Below, in pieces: positions 7,780 to 16,752 of a DNA stretch of 31,970 nucleotides; positions within the stretch are counted from its first letter, which is position 1, and each line of letters starts with the position of its first letter. The translations under genes were made by a program, and so were the position numbers. The notes below the pieces were generated by a model. That model did not search any database and was not told where the DNA came from. It worked only from the letters and a program-made list of their open reading frames with translations. The DNA comes from Candidatus Lloydbacteria bacterium (lineage in GTDB: Bacteria > Patescibacteriota > Minisyncoccia > Phycocordibacterales > UBA6899): assembly GCA_043756785.1 (NCBI GenBank), contig JAYUQK010000046.1, forward strand, positions 1 to 31,970. Reading direction: 5' to 3'.

Positions 7780-10314
7780 ATGAAAAAACGCAAACAGAGG
7801 AGCTTGAGGATTTTACACTCAATAAAAATACTCATTATTGTGTCGCTTATTGCGAGCATTTTCTTCTTGAGCGCATTGCTCGTTTGGGCGGCATCCATAG
7901 AAATCCCTGACTTCAGTCTCTTTGAAACACGTAAGGTTTCTGAGTCTACAAAAATTTACGACCGCACAGGAAAAATACTTCTCTATGACGTACACAAAGA
8001 TGTGCGGCGCACACTTGTGCCATTTGATGCTATTAGTCCTTATGTAAAGAATGCGGCAGTGGCAATAGAGGACGATCAATTTTATCAACACCACGGCATC
8101 ATCTTAAGGGCGATACTGCGCGCAACACTCGTGAATCTCGGGCTTCGTGAGGGATACGCTGGTCAGGGAGGCTCCACTATTACTCAACAGGTGATAAAAA
8201 ACGCCCTACTTACGAATGAAAAAACAATCGCACGCAAAGTGAAAGAGTGGATACTCGCGGTGAAACTCGAGCGTGTCCTCACAAAAGAACAGATATTAAA
8301 CCTTTACCTGAATGAGGCTCCATACGGGGGGAATATTTACGGAGTTGAAGAAGCGAGTATGTCGTACTTCGGTAAAAGCGCGAGCACAGTCTCGCTCGCT
8401 GAAGCAGCGTATCTTGCTGCGCTCCCTCAATCCCCAACACGCTACTCTCCGTATGGAAACAATATTGACCTACTTCAAAAACGCAAAGACGCAGTGCTGC
8501 AAAAAATGAAGGACTTAGGTTCCATCACTTTGGACGAATACACCAAAGCACGGGAAGAAAAAGTGTTTTTTATACCCCAAGAAGAGCGTGGGATGCGTGC
8601 GCCGCACTTCGTTATGTTTGTGAAAGAAAAACTTGTAGAACTTTACGGCGAGGAAACACTCAATGAAGGTGGGCTTCGTGTTATCACCACTATTGATATG
8701 GAACTGCAGGCTAAAGCAGAAAAAGTAGTAAAAAAATACGCGGACGAAAATGAAAAAATGTTTAATGCCTCAAACGCTGCACTCGTGGCGATAGATCCAA
8801 AAAATGGGGAAATACTCACCATGGTCGGATCACGAGATTATTTTAATATTAAAAACGAGGGTAACTTCAATATTGCACTCGCAAAAAGACAACCTGGGTC
8901 TGCATTTAAACCTTTTGTTTATGCAGCAGGACTTGAGGCTGGGTACACTGACCAAACAGTGCTTTTCGACGTACCTACGCAATTTTCTACGCGCTGTGAC
9001 ACAGAGGGGAAGCCACTCAATCCAGCCAACGACGAAAATATTTGCTATATGCCGGAAAACTACGACCAGCAATATCGTGGTCCGATATCCCTACGGAATG
9101 CGCTCGCTCAGTCGATCAACATACCCGCAGTAAAGATGCTTTATCTCGTAGGACTCGACCACGCAATCGACATCGCGGAACGTATGGGTATTACGACGCT
9201 CGGAAAAAAAGAACGCTACGGTTTAACCCTTGTGCTAGGTGGTGGCGAGGTGTCACTACTCGACATGACGAGCGCGTATGGAGTTTTTGCAAACGACGGA
9301 AAGAGGACTCCGTATACAGGAATACTCCGCGTTGAAGACACTCGTGGGTTGGTGCTCAGTATTTTTACCACGACATCCTCACAAGTAATAAACCAAGAAG
9401 TCGCACGAAAAATGTCTGACATGCTCTCGGACAACATTGCGCGCACACCCGCATTTGGCGCACAATCATTTCTTAACTTTGAAAACAGAGAAGTCGCAGT
9501 AAAAACAGGAACCACAAACGACTACCGCGACGCTTGGATTGTTGGCTACACACCATCACTCGCTGTTGGCGCATGGGCGGGAAATAACAACAATACTCCG
9601 ATGGAGAAAAAAGTTGCGGGTTTTATTATCGCACCACTCTGGAATGCTTTTTTCACAGAGGCATTCCCCACACTTCCTCCTGATGACTCTTTTATCAAAC
9701 CACAGCCAACGGCGCAGACCATAAAGCCCGCACTGCGTGGTGTTTGGTATGGTGGGACAACATATCAAATCGATACCGCATCAGGAAAACTCGCAACAAA
9801 CTACACTCCTCAAGAATTTATAGAGGAACGCGTTGTGCCAAATCCTCATGAAATTCTTTATTGGGTAGACAAAAAAAATCCCACAGGTCCGATACCACAA
9901 AACCCATACGAAGATGCTCAGTTCTTGCTCTGGGAAACACCAGCGCAGCGGTGGATCGCTCAAAACGGACTCCCCGCAAAGGCGTGGGTAAATATACCCA
10001 GTAGTTTTGATGACTTCCACAAACCTGAATCTGCGCCACAACTGCGTATTATTGAGCCAAATGCATCAACGACATACCTTTTTAGTCAGAAAATACTTGT
10101 CTCCCTCAATGTATCAAGTACACATGCAATAGACCGTGTTGATTTTTCAGTCAATGGTGTGTTCCTTGGGTCTACACGCGAAATGCCATATGTGTTTGCG
10201 TTCGTCCCAAACACCATAATAGGGATTCAGGATAAAAATGAATTACGAGTGAGTATATATGATGTGGTGGGCAATAAAACCGAAGACGGTGTCTTTTTCA
10301 CTGTGTCACCGTGA
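7780..10314 (+). CDS. Class A penicillin-binding protein (PBP1A family; transglycosylase + transpeptidase + C-terminal Ig-like domain)
   Basis: N-terminal TM, GT51 motifs AIEDDQFYQH and GGSTITQQ, transpeptidase motifs SAFK, SIN and KTG, and a C-terminal beta-rich 'VDFSVNGVFLG...PYVF' domain. Confidence 0.95.
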   Translation: MKKRKQRSLRILHSIKILIIVSLIASIFFLSALLVWAASIEIPDFSLFETRKVSESTKIYDRTGKILLYDVHKDVRRTLVPFDAISPYVKNAAVAIEDDQFYQHHGIILRAILRATLVNLGLREGYAGQGGSTITQQVIKNALLTNEKTIARKVKEWILAVKLERVLTKEQILNLYLNEAPYGGNIYGVEEASMSYFGKSASTVSLAEAAYLAALPQSPTRYSPYGNNIDLLQKRKDAVLQKMKDLGSITLDEYTKAREEKVFFIPQEERGMRAPHFVMFVKEKLVELYGEETLNEGGLRVITTIDMELQAKAEKVVKKYADENEKMFNASNAALVAIDPKNGEILTMVGSRDYFNIKNEGNFNIALAKRQPGSAFKPFVYAAGLEAGYTDQTVLFDVPTQFSTRCDTEGKPLNPANDENICYMPENYDQQYRGPISLRNALAQSINIPAVKMLYLVGLDHAIDIAERMGITTLGKKERYGLTLVLGGGEVSLLDMTSAYGVFANDGKRTPYTGILRVEDTRGLVLSIFTTTSSQVINQEVARKMSDMLSDNIARTPAFGAQSFLNFENREVAVKTGTTNDYRDAWIVGYTPSLAVGAWAGNNNNTPMEKKVAGFIIAPLWNAFFTEAFPTLPPDDSFIKPQPTAQTIKPALRGVWYGGTTYQIDTASGKLATNYTPQEFIEERVVPNPHEILYWVDKKNPTGPIPQNPYEDAQFLLWETPAQRWIAQNGLPAKAWVNIPSSFDDFHKPESAPQLRIIEPNASTTYLFSQKILVSLNVSSTHAIDRVDFSVNGVFLGSTREMPYVFAFVPNTIIGIQDKNELRVSIYDVVGNKTEDGVFFTVSP

Positions 10315-10316
10315 TG

Positions 10317-10583
10317 CTACTGTGTAGTGATGTCGTAAACTGACAACTCCTTTGAATCTCTTAAGCGATGGATAATTTTTTCCTTATGAAGAAATATTTC
10401 ATTTTTAAAAACAGCACTCGCCTTGATTTGCACAACGCCCTTTTTAATGACTAGTGATTTTTCGTCAATAAGTACTCCTGCCTCTTCTTTCAAGATACGG
10501 AGTATTTTTTTTCTTTTTTCATCCTCTGTATCGATATTTCTACGATACACCTCGAGAAACTGTTTTATGCTTGAAAGTTGCAT
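10317..10583 (-). CDS. Small basic protein downstream of dnaN, possibly DciA/DUF721-like
   Basis: 88 aa, in line with dnaN. The segment 'LVIKKGVVQIKASAVFKNEIFLHKEKIIHRL' resembles the KH-like DciA core. The CDS is well supported but the family call is tentative. Confidence 0.6.
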   Translation of the reverse strand: MQLSSIKQFLEVYRRNIDTEDEKRKKILRILKEEAGVLIDEKSLVIKKGVVQIKASAVFKNEIFLHKEKIIHRLRDSKELSVYDITTQ

Positions 10584-10637
10584 TTTATAATATTTTAAAC
10601 ACTTTCATTTTCATTACACAACAAGCATTTAGCTTTT

Positions 10638-11738
10638 CTATCCTTTCATTGGCATAACAATATAAGTAAAAGAGTTATCACCAACCCCTTTTATCACCAA
10701 CGGTTTTGTATTACCACTCGCCAAAAACGAAACACTGTCAGTATTAAGATACGCAAACACCTCCATAAGAAATCGTTGATTGAGGAGAAACTCCACATCA
10801 TCCCCTTTGAGCACTGCGTCTATTTGCTGTGTTGTTTCTCCTATTTCATCACTGCGTGACTCAATTTCCACAAGTTTTTCGTTTGGGTATATTTTTAAGC
10901 GTACTTGTTGGAGTTTTCCAGAAAAAACAGTGGTCAGTTTAAGTTTATCAACCACATCTTGGCGCAATAATACTACCTCAGTGAGAAATTGTTTTGGAAT
11001 AAGTTGTTTATAATCAGGAAAGACACCATCAATAAGCCTTGAGGTGATGTGCATATGCTCAGTGTGAAAAGAAATTTGATTTTTTGTCGCAAATATTTTT
11101 ACCACCCCTCCTGTGTGTTCGAGTGCGCGCACGATCTCCACAACATTCTTTCCTGGTATAAGTAGGGAAAAGTTTTCTGTATTTTTCTTAAGTGGTATAC
11201 GTTTTTCTGCAAGTCGAGAAGAGTCTGAAGCGACCATGATCAATGACTGCTCATCGGTATAGCAAAAAATACTCGCAAACTCTGGCTTGATGTCGGTCAT
11301 TGCGACTGCGTATTGCGTAGCGCGAAATGCCCCTAGGAGCGACGAAGTATCGATTTCGAGGGAAGCACCCTTGGTCACAAAAGGAAGTGTCGGGAAGTCC
11401 TCGTAGCCGAATCCTTTGATAAGTGTGGAGTAGGACGCTCCCGATATTGTGAGATGTTCACCAATTTGCTCGATGGTGATGTTTTTTTCTTGATTAAGGT
11501 TAGAGAGAAAGTTTCCTAGGGTATCTGCGGGTATGGCAATGACACCTTCTTTTTCCACGCGTGCAGGAATTTCAATCTCTATTCCAATATCAAGGTTTGT
11601 TGCGCGAATCTTCAGTACATTCTCACCAGCAATAAATAATACATACCGTAATACTGGTAACGAGAGTTGCTTTCCGGTGAATCGCTCCGCAGCAAGTAAT
11701 GCATCTTTGAGATTTGTTTTTACACACTCTACTTTCAT
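10638..11738 (-). CDS. dnaN: DNA polymerase III beta sliding clamp
   Basis: 366 aa, with ATNLDIGI, F.EDFP.LP, SDSSRLAE, SRLIDG.FPDY and the C-terminal YIVMPM. It lies downstream of dnaA. Confidence 0.97.
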   Translation of the reverse strand: MKVECVKTNLKDALLAAERFTGKQLSLPVLRYVLFIAGENVLKIRATNLDIGIEIEIPARVEKEGVIAIPADTLGNFLSNLNQEKNITIEQIGEHLTISGASYSTLIKGFGYEDFPTLPFVTKGASLEIDTSSLLGAFRATQYAVAMTDIKPEFASIFCYTDEQSLIMVASDSSRLAEKRIPLKKNTENFSLLIPGKNVVEIVRALEHTGGVVKIFATKNQISFHTEHMHITSRLIDGVFPDYKQLIPKQFLTEVVLLRQDVVDKLKLTTVFSGKLQQVRLKIYPNEKLVEIESRSDEIGETTQQIDAVLKGDDVEFLLNQRFLMEVFAYLNTDSVSFLASGNTKPLVIKGVGDNSFTYIVMPMKG

Positions 11739-11989
11739 ATATCTATATATAAATACTAATTATACTAATTACGCCTGTGGATATGTGGATGAGAGAAAAA
11801 ATACTGATTCCTCACAACGCTGAAACACTATTTTTCTATTTGGTGAACTGTTAGTATCTACCCACTTGTCCACAATGAAAAATTTTTATTTTTTTCTCTA
11901 CACACTTCATCCACAAGACAGCACTACTTTCTCCACAGCTTTTCCCTCGCTACTTGTCGACTATCAACAGACTTATCCTCATGCGTTAT
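11739..11989. other. oriC: Probable oriC (dnaA-dnaN spacer): DnaA-box cluster plus AT-rich unwinding element
   Basis: One-mismatch DnaA boxes at 11776-11784 and 11784-11792 (tandem, minus strand), 11866-11874 TTGTCCACA, 11907-11915 TCATCCACA, 11929-11937 TTCTCCACA and 11973-11981 TTATCCTCA. An AT-rich tract at 11739-11771 adjoins dnaN. Confidence 0.85.
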
Positions 11990-13342
11990 TTAAAACAATG
12001 CACGGATCTGATCTATTTCTTGAAGAAGAACGGTGTCCGTCTTCACTTCATTTTTTATTTTCTCACATGAATGAATAACTGTTGTGTGGTCCCTCCCCCC
12101 CAATTTTTGACCAATAAGCGGATAGGAGATATTGAAGTCCTGTCGGAGGATATACATCAATACTTGTCTAGGTTTCACCACTTCCTTGCGTCGAGTTTTT
12201 TCATAAATAAAACGCTCATCGATGTTATAGAAGGTTGTCACCGTCTTTACGATATCTTTTATTGATACGGGTTTTGTTGGTTTTGCGTTGTTTTTTATGA
12301 GCGTTTTTATCTCATTCAGTGAGAGGGGTTTGTTTTTTAGTTGTGCCTGGCAAACTACAAGGTTTAGTGTCCCCTCAAGTTCACGAATACTTGCTTGGAT
12401 TGTTTCTGCAACATAGGCAATAATCTCGTCGGGGATGATCACTTGCTGTTGTCTCAATTTTTCGCGCAAAATAGCAAGGCGCGACTCGTAGTCTGGCATT
12501 GTTATCTCAACGATCATTCCTGAGCCAAATCGTGATTTAAGCCTATCCTCGAGTCCATTAATGTAGTTGGGGTGCTTATCAGAAGAAAAAATAATTTGCT
12601 TATTGTTTTCGTAGAGTGAGTTGTAGAGGTGAAATAACTCCTCCTGAGTTTTTTCTTTTCCCACAAGAAACTGAATATCGTCCATGATCATGACGTCATA
12701 CTTGCGGTATTTTTCCTTGAATTCGTTTACGCGATTGTTTTGGAGTGAAGTGACGTAGTCCGTAGAGAACTTTTCCGAGCTCACGTACTGCACTTTTTTC
12801 CCAGGATATTGTTTTTTTATTCCATTACCTATCGACTGCGTGATGTGTGTTTTTCCAAACCCCGTCGAGCCGTATATGAAAAGAGGGTTATACATGATCC
12901 CTGGTTTTTTGAGCACAGCTTGTGCCGCTGCATAGGCAAGCTCGTTGAATGGCCCTATGACAAAAGAATCGAAGGTGTAGCGAGGGTTGAGACCGTCTTC
13001 CTTGTTGACATAGGTATCTTGGAGTGGAAGTTCGTTTCCTGAGAAGGGGGAAAATATTTCCTTTTTCACGACCTGTTCATTTCGTTCAGAGCCGTCATCT
13101 TTTGCGATAACATACTCGACATTTTTCACGTCAGCAGATGTGTCGCGCAATATGCGGAGAATTGTTGAATGGTATTTATTCGACAACCAGTCTCTCACAA
13201 ACTCATTCTGCACCCCCACATACACCGTACCCGCATCTTGTTTGGTGATACGCGTATTTTTGAACCATGTACTGAAGTTCGCTTTCGAAACCTCGAGTTC
13301 GACATCGACCATCGCTTTGCCCCACAATTCTTTGTTATCCAT
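11990..13342 (-). CDS. dnaA: Chromosomal replication initiator DnaA
   Basis: LNPRYTFDSFVIG, YNPLFIYG.TG.GKTH, DDIQF, RL.SRF, RELEG and GGRDHTTV. It has an SD-like GAGGA and TATAAT at 13380-13385. Confidence 0.98.
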   Translation of the reverse strand: MDNKELWGKAMVDVELEVSKANFSTWFKNTRITKQDAGTVYVGVQNEFVRDWLSNKYHSTILRILRDTSADVKNVEYVIAKDDGSERNEQVVKKEIFSPFSGNELPLQDTYVNKEDGLNPRYTFDSFVIGPFNELAYAAAQAVLKKPGIMYNPLFIYGSTGFGKTHITQSIGNGIKKQYPGKKVQYVSSEKFSTDYVTSLQNNRVNEFKEKYRKYDVMIMDDIQFLVGKEKTQEELFHLYNSLYENNKQIIFSSDKHPNYINGLEDRLKSRFGSGMIVEITMPDYESRLAILREKLRQQQVIIPDEIIAYVAETIQASIRELEGTLNLVVCQAQLKNKPLSLNEIKTLIKNNAKPTKPVSIKDIVKTVTTFYNIDERFIYEKTRRKEVVKPRQVLMYILRQDFNISYPLIGQKLGGRDHTTVIHSCEKIKNEVKTDTVLLQEIDQIRALF

Positions 13343-13418
13343 AAAAGATCCTCGCGTTTATTTCAATAACTTAAAAAGCATTATAGCGAACAACAGGGAG
13401 AGAGAGAAAAATAAACAA

Positions 13419-13450
13419 ATGTTCACAACTTGTGTATAAACTGTGGACAG
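13419..13450. promoter_or_regulatory. DnaA boxes upstream of the dnaA promoter (autoregulation or second origin subregion)
   Basis: tgtgtataa (13431-13439) is TTATACACA, a perfect TTATNCACA. Degenerate boxes lie at 13419-13427 and 13442-13450. Confidence 0.65.
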
Positions 13451-13547
13451 AAGGTTGTACGCAATAGCATGCTTGTCGCAAAACAATACAACACATCTTC
13501 AAGTGAAACAATATTGAAGAATAAAAAAAAAGTTTTATACTGCATCC

Positions 13548-13682
13548 ATGTCTGTCACATATCAACCAAAAAAGAAGAAGAGGGCAAGTACCCACGGTTT
13601 TCTCGCACGTACCGCCACCGCAAATGGCAGAAACGTCATAAAACGCAGAATTGCAAAGGGTCGTAAGCGCGTTACGGTCTAA
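13548..13682 (+). CDS. rpmH: 50S ribosomal protein L34, 44 aa
   Basis: Not in the track. [44 protein letters not shown]. Canonical position, with TATACT 6 nt upstream. Confidence 0.96.
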   Translation: MSVTYQPKKKKRASTHGFLARTATANGRNVIKRRIAKGRKRVTV

Positions 13683-13696
13683 TTTGGTGCAGCTTG

Positions 13697-14032
13697 ATGC
13701 TCCCCCGTCGACACAAACTTAGCCGGAAATCTTTTCCTGCCTACAATGCGCCATCAAAAACATGGAGGGGAAATTCTCTTACCATAAGATTTTTTAGAGG
13801 GCGAGGCGCTGGTGCGCCGCAGTTTGCCGTAGTTATTGCAAAAAAATCATATAATCTTGCCACAAAGAGGAATGGTATACGCAGAATCGTTTATCTGGCC
13901 ATTCGTGAACATTTAGCTGATTTTTCTCGGTTTGTGGGTACAAAATTTGTTATTACTCCACAAAAAAATATTTCCAACATAAACGACACTATGCGTAGTG
14001 ATATAGAGGCTTTCCTTCAAACACAACAATAA
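13697..14032 (+). CDS. rnpA: Ribonuclease P protein component
   Basis: MLPRRHKL, FAVVIAKK and the RNR motif 'ATKRNGIRR'. It lies between rpmH and yidD. Confidence 0.85.
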   Translation: MLPRRHKLSRKSFPAYNAPSKTWRGNSLTIRFFRGRGAGAPQFAVVIAKKSYNLATKRNGIRRIVYLAIREHLADFSRFVGTKFVITPQKNISNINDTMRSDIEAFLQTQQ

Positions 14033-14274
14033 TGAGTATATTCACCCGAGCCGTGCTCTCTGGCATTCGCCTCTATCGTAAAACAATTTCCCCAGATAGT
14101 GGGCTAATTCGTATGATCATCCCTCTCGGTGGTGTTTGTGTAATGTATCCGAGCTGCTCGATATACATGGAACAAGCAATCATAAAATACGGCCTTTTAA
14201 AGGGATTTTTCAGGGGTATTCGTCGAATTTTGCGTTGCCACCCATATCAAAAAAAACTCATCGACGAACCGTAG
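14032..14274 (+). CDS. yidD: Membrane protein insertion efficiency factor YidD
   Basis: Y...ISP, C.MYPSCS.Y..QAI.KYG..KG and RILRCHP. Confidence 0.95.
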   Translation: MSIFTRAVLSGIRLYRKTISPDSGLIRMIIPLGGVCVMYPSCSIYMEQAIIKYGLLKGFFRGIRRILRCHPYQKKLIDEP

Positions 14275-14368
14275 TACAAGATCTGCAAAGTAGTATCTCC
14301 GAAAACTAATAGTTATTTAGAGATTGTGTTGCCTTTCAAACTTCCGAGATTCACGATAGGATAGGTGA

Positions 14369-15109
14369 ATGATTTTAAACTTATGGAATAACGCAGTATA
14401 TCAACCACTCTACAACGTGTTGATTCTTCTTATTGATAACCTGCCTGGGTACAGCGTTGGGCTGGCTATTATACTGCTCACAATTATTGTAAAAATAGTA
14501 CTTTTTCCGCTCACGGCGAAGTCTATTCGTGCGCAACGCGAAATGAAAGAACTTGAGCCTGAGCTCAAAAAATTGAAAGAAAAACACGGAGATGACAAGC
14601 AAAAACTCGCCGCCGAAACAATGGCGCTCTATCAAAAGAGAGGAGTCACGCCATTTTCTGGATGCCTCCCCCTCCTCATCCAAATACCCGTCATCATTGG
14701 TTTGTATTGGGTTTTTTCTCATGGGTTAGGAAAAGTCGATACCGCGATTCTCTATAGTTTTGTTTCTGCACCTCCAACGCTCGATATGCATTTCCTTGTT
14801 TTTGACTTGGCGGGAAAAAGCATTTTTCTTGCTCTCCTCGCTGGGGTGACACAGTTTATCCAGACGCACATTGCGCTCGGTAAGCAGGTGCCTCCAGCGG
14901 CCGCAGCCCCAGGCTCAAAGCCGTCGTTCCAAGAAGATTTTGCGCGTAGCATGCAAGTACAAATGCGCTATGTGCTGCCCGTCATTGTGGGGGGGATTTC
15001 TATGACCCTCCCTGCTGCGGTTGCACTTTATTGGGCAACCAGTAATATATTGAGTACTGGGCAGGAGTTGATCACCAAAAAGAGGGTTATTGCCTCCTCG
15101 GCCAAGTAG
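14369..15109 (+). CDS. yidC: YidC/Oxa1 membrane protein insertase (short form without a large periplasmic domain)
   Basis: GLAIILLTIIVK..LFPL, P.LKKLKEKH, GCLPLLIQIPV and ALYW..SN. Conserved position. Confidence 0.95.
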   Translation: MILNLWNNAVYQPLYNVLILLIDNLPGYSVGLAIILLTIIVKIVLFPLTAKSIRAQREMKELEPELKKLKEKHGDDKQKLAAETMALYQKRGVTPFSGCLPLLIQIPVIIGLYWVFSHGLGKVDTAILYSFVSAPPTLDMHFLVFDLAGKSIFLALLAGVTQFIQTHIALGKQVPPAAAAPGSKPSFQEDFARSMQVQMRYVLPVIVGGISMTLPAAVALYWATSNILSTGQELITKKRVIASSAK

Positions 15110-15113
15110 AACC

Positions 15114-15593
15114 ATGCAAACAAACGAATTTATTATCAGCACCATCACCACTCTTTTGGGCCACTTGGGTGTCGTGGTGGAAAGCGTGGTCGCAGAAACT
15201 GACACAAAAACTAAGTCACTTTCTTTTGCGGTCACCACGCCAGAGTCTCTTTTGTTGATAGGTGAGGGTGGTGCGCGGCTGCTCGCATTGAATCACCTCA
15301 TAAAACGTATTGTCGAAAAAAAGTTTGGTGCGGATGCACCAATTTTTTCTGTTGATGTGAACGGCTACCAAAAAAAACAGATTGACGAGGTACGCGCCAA
15401 AGCACACATGCTCGCCGAGCGTGCGCGCTACTTCAAAAGCACCGTAGAGATGGACCCCATGAGCTCCTACGAGCGCATGATAGTGCATTCAGAGTTTGCC
15501 GATACGCCGGACATTACCACATCCTCTTTGGGTATAGGAAAAGAGCGTCACGTCGTGCTCGCCTACTGTGAGCCAAAAGCGTTGAGCATATAA
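15114..15593 (+). CDS. jag: Jag/KhpB-like RNA-binding protein (KH + R3H, no Jag-N domain), 159 aa
   Basis: KH motif LLIGEGG..L.AL, VDVNGY, R3H motif PMSSYERMIVH and S.G.G.ERHVV. The start is at ATG 15114. Confidence 0.85.
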   Translation: MQTNEFIISTITTLLGHLGVVVESVVAETDTKTKSLSFAVTTPESLLLIGEGGARLLALNHLIKRIVEKKFGADAPIFSVDVNGYQKKQIDEVRAKAHMLAERARYFKSTVEMDPMSSYERMIVHSEFADTPDITTSSLGIGKERHVVLAYCEPKALSI

Positions 15594-15607
15594 CAATGAA
15601 GACTTTT

Positions 15608-16735
15608 TTATTTTAGTGGGCAGTTGCTGTATGCTCCTGGTGGAAGTGTGACGCCTGCCTTGTTCTTTCCTGTGCAAAACCAATATGGTTGGCCCACCTC
15701 ACAGACATGCCAATGGTTTCCTTCGTCTGTAAACCAAAAATTATTCAACAAATAACGACATGGATAAAAGGAGACCGCAGATTGCGTCGCACTACTACGG
15801 ATATACGCATCGAGTGCGGGTGTTTTTCTGAGGTCAAAAATAGGAGAATTTGGTTTATGTGTTGCATGCCCACTCTCTGTCCCACCAGTGATTACCACTG
15901 GAGGCGGAAGCGCTTTTATCGCAGCAATTGCAGAACTCGGCATTCCTTCAACGTTTATATACCCTGCTTTCAAGCAGTTTGAAATACCCGCAGGACAAGG
16001 TGGCTGCTTTATGGCCACAGGGATAGTCCCAAGCTGACAAAGGTTATTACCGCAAATACTATTACGGACAGCCGCCTCTCCAGACGAGGGCCCAGGTGGG
16101 GGGTTCCCTGGAGGTGGTGGGGGGACACCAACGGGTTGAGGATAGACATAGAAACAGTCAATCGTTGTACTAGGTGGTGTATAAACAATAATTCCCCCAA
16201 GTGCTACCTGCCCCTTCTTCCCCTCTATGCATTGTTCTATGGTTCCCCATTGTGGAGAGTTTAAAATGGGACCACTGGCAGAGTCTTTATAGCGATAGTA
16301 AAATCCCGGTTTTTTTGGTAGCGGTGCATTCGCTGCGGTTGTTGTTGCTGTTGGAGTAGTTGCGATGGCGGGGAGGCCAAGTAATGCAACATCGCTCGAA
16401 AGTAGCTGTGTGTTGATGGTATTTAATATAAGCCATGAGGATATAGCGAGGAGCAGCCCAAATATTGCGCTCGTAATACAATCCTTTGATGCACTTTTTT
16501 GTGATACCGACGGAGAGCCAATAAGCTGAATGCCGCATATGACGGTCATCACCACCGCGAGTATCCCTGCGACTCCTATTGTTACCTGCACAATACCCTC
16601 GAGGTATTGTGCGAGGGTGACATTTGGCCCCCCCAATGGCCCCAGTGGTGCGAGGAGTGTATAGGTCGATGGAGCAGCGAGTGCCACCACTGGAAGTAGA
16701 GTGAATAGCGCGAGTGTAAATATTTTTTTCATCAT
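15608..16735 (-). CDS. CPR-type (VirB2/TrbC-like) pilin fused to a Pro-rich linker and a Cys-rich probable M15/Hedgehog-like Zn peptidase domain, 375 aa
   Basis: The real start is MMKKIFTLALF (16735). Signal peptide, then YTLLAPL and two TM helices (GVAGILAVVMTVICG...AIFGLLLAISSWLILNTIN). The C-terminal part has ITGGTESGHATH...FDLR and EGNHWH. Confidence 0.8.
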   Translation of the reverse strand: MMKKIFTLALFTLLPVVALAAPSTYTLLAPLGPLGGPNVTLAQYLEGIVQVTIGVAGILAVVMTVICGIQLIGSPSVSQKSASKDCITSAIFGLLLAISSWLILNTINTQLLSSDVALLGLPAIATTPTATTTAANAPLPKKPGFYYRYKDSASGPILNSPQWGTIEQCIEGKKGQVALGGIIVYTPPSTTIDCFYVYPQPVGVPPPPPGNPPPGPSSGEAAVRNSICGNNLCQLGTIPVAIKQPPCPAGISNCLKAGYINVEGMPSSAIAAIKALPPPVVITGGTESGHATHKPNSPIFDLRKTPALDAYIRSSATQSAVSFYPCRYLLNNFWFTDEGNHWHVCEVGQPYWFCTGKNKAGVTLPPGAYSNCPLK

Positions 16736-16752
16736 ATGCGTCACTTTATTTT

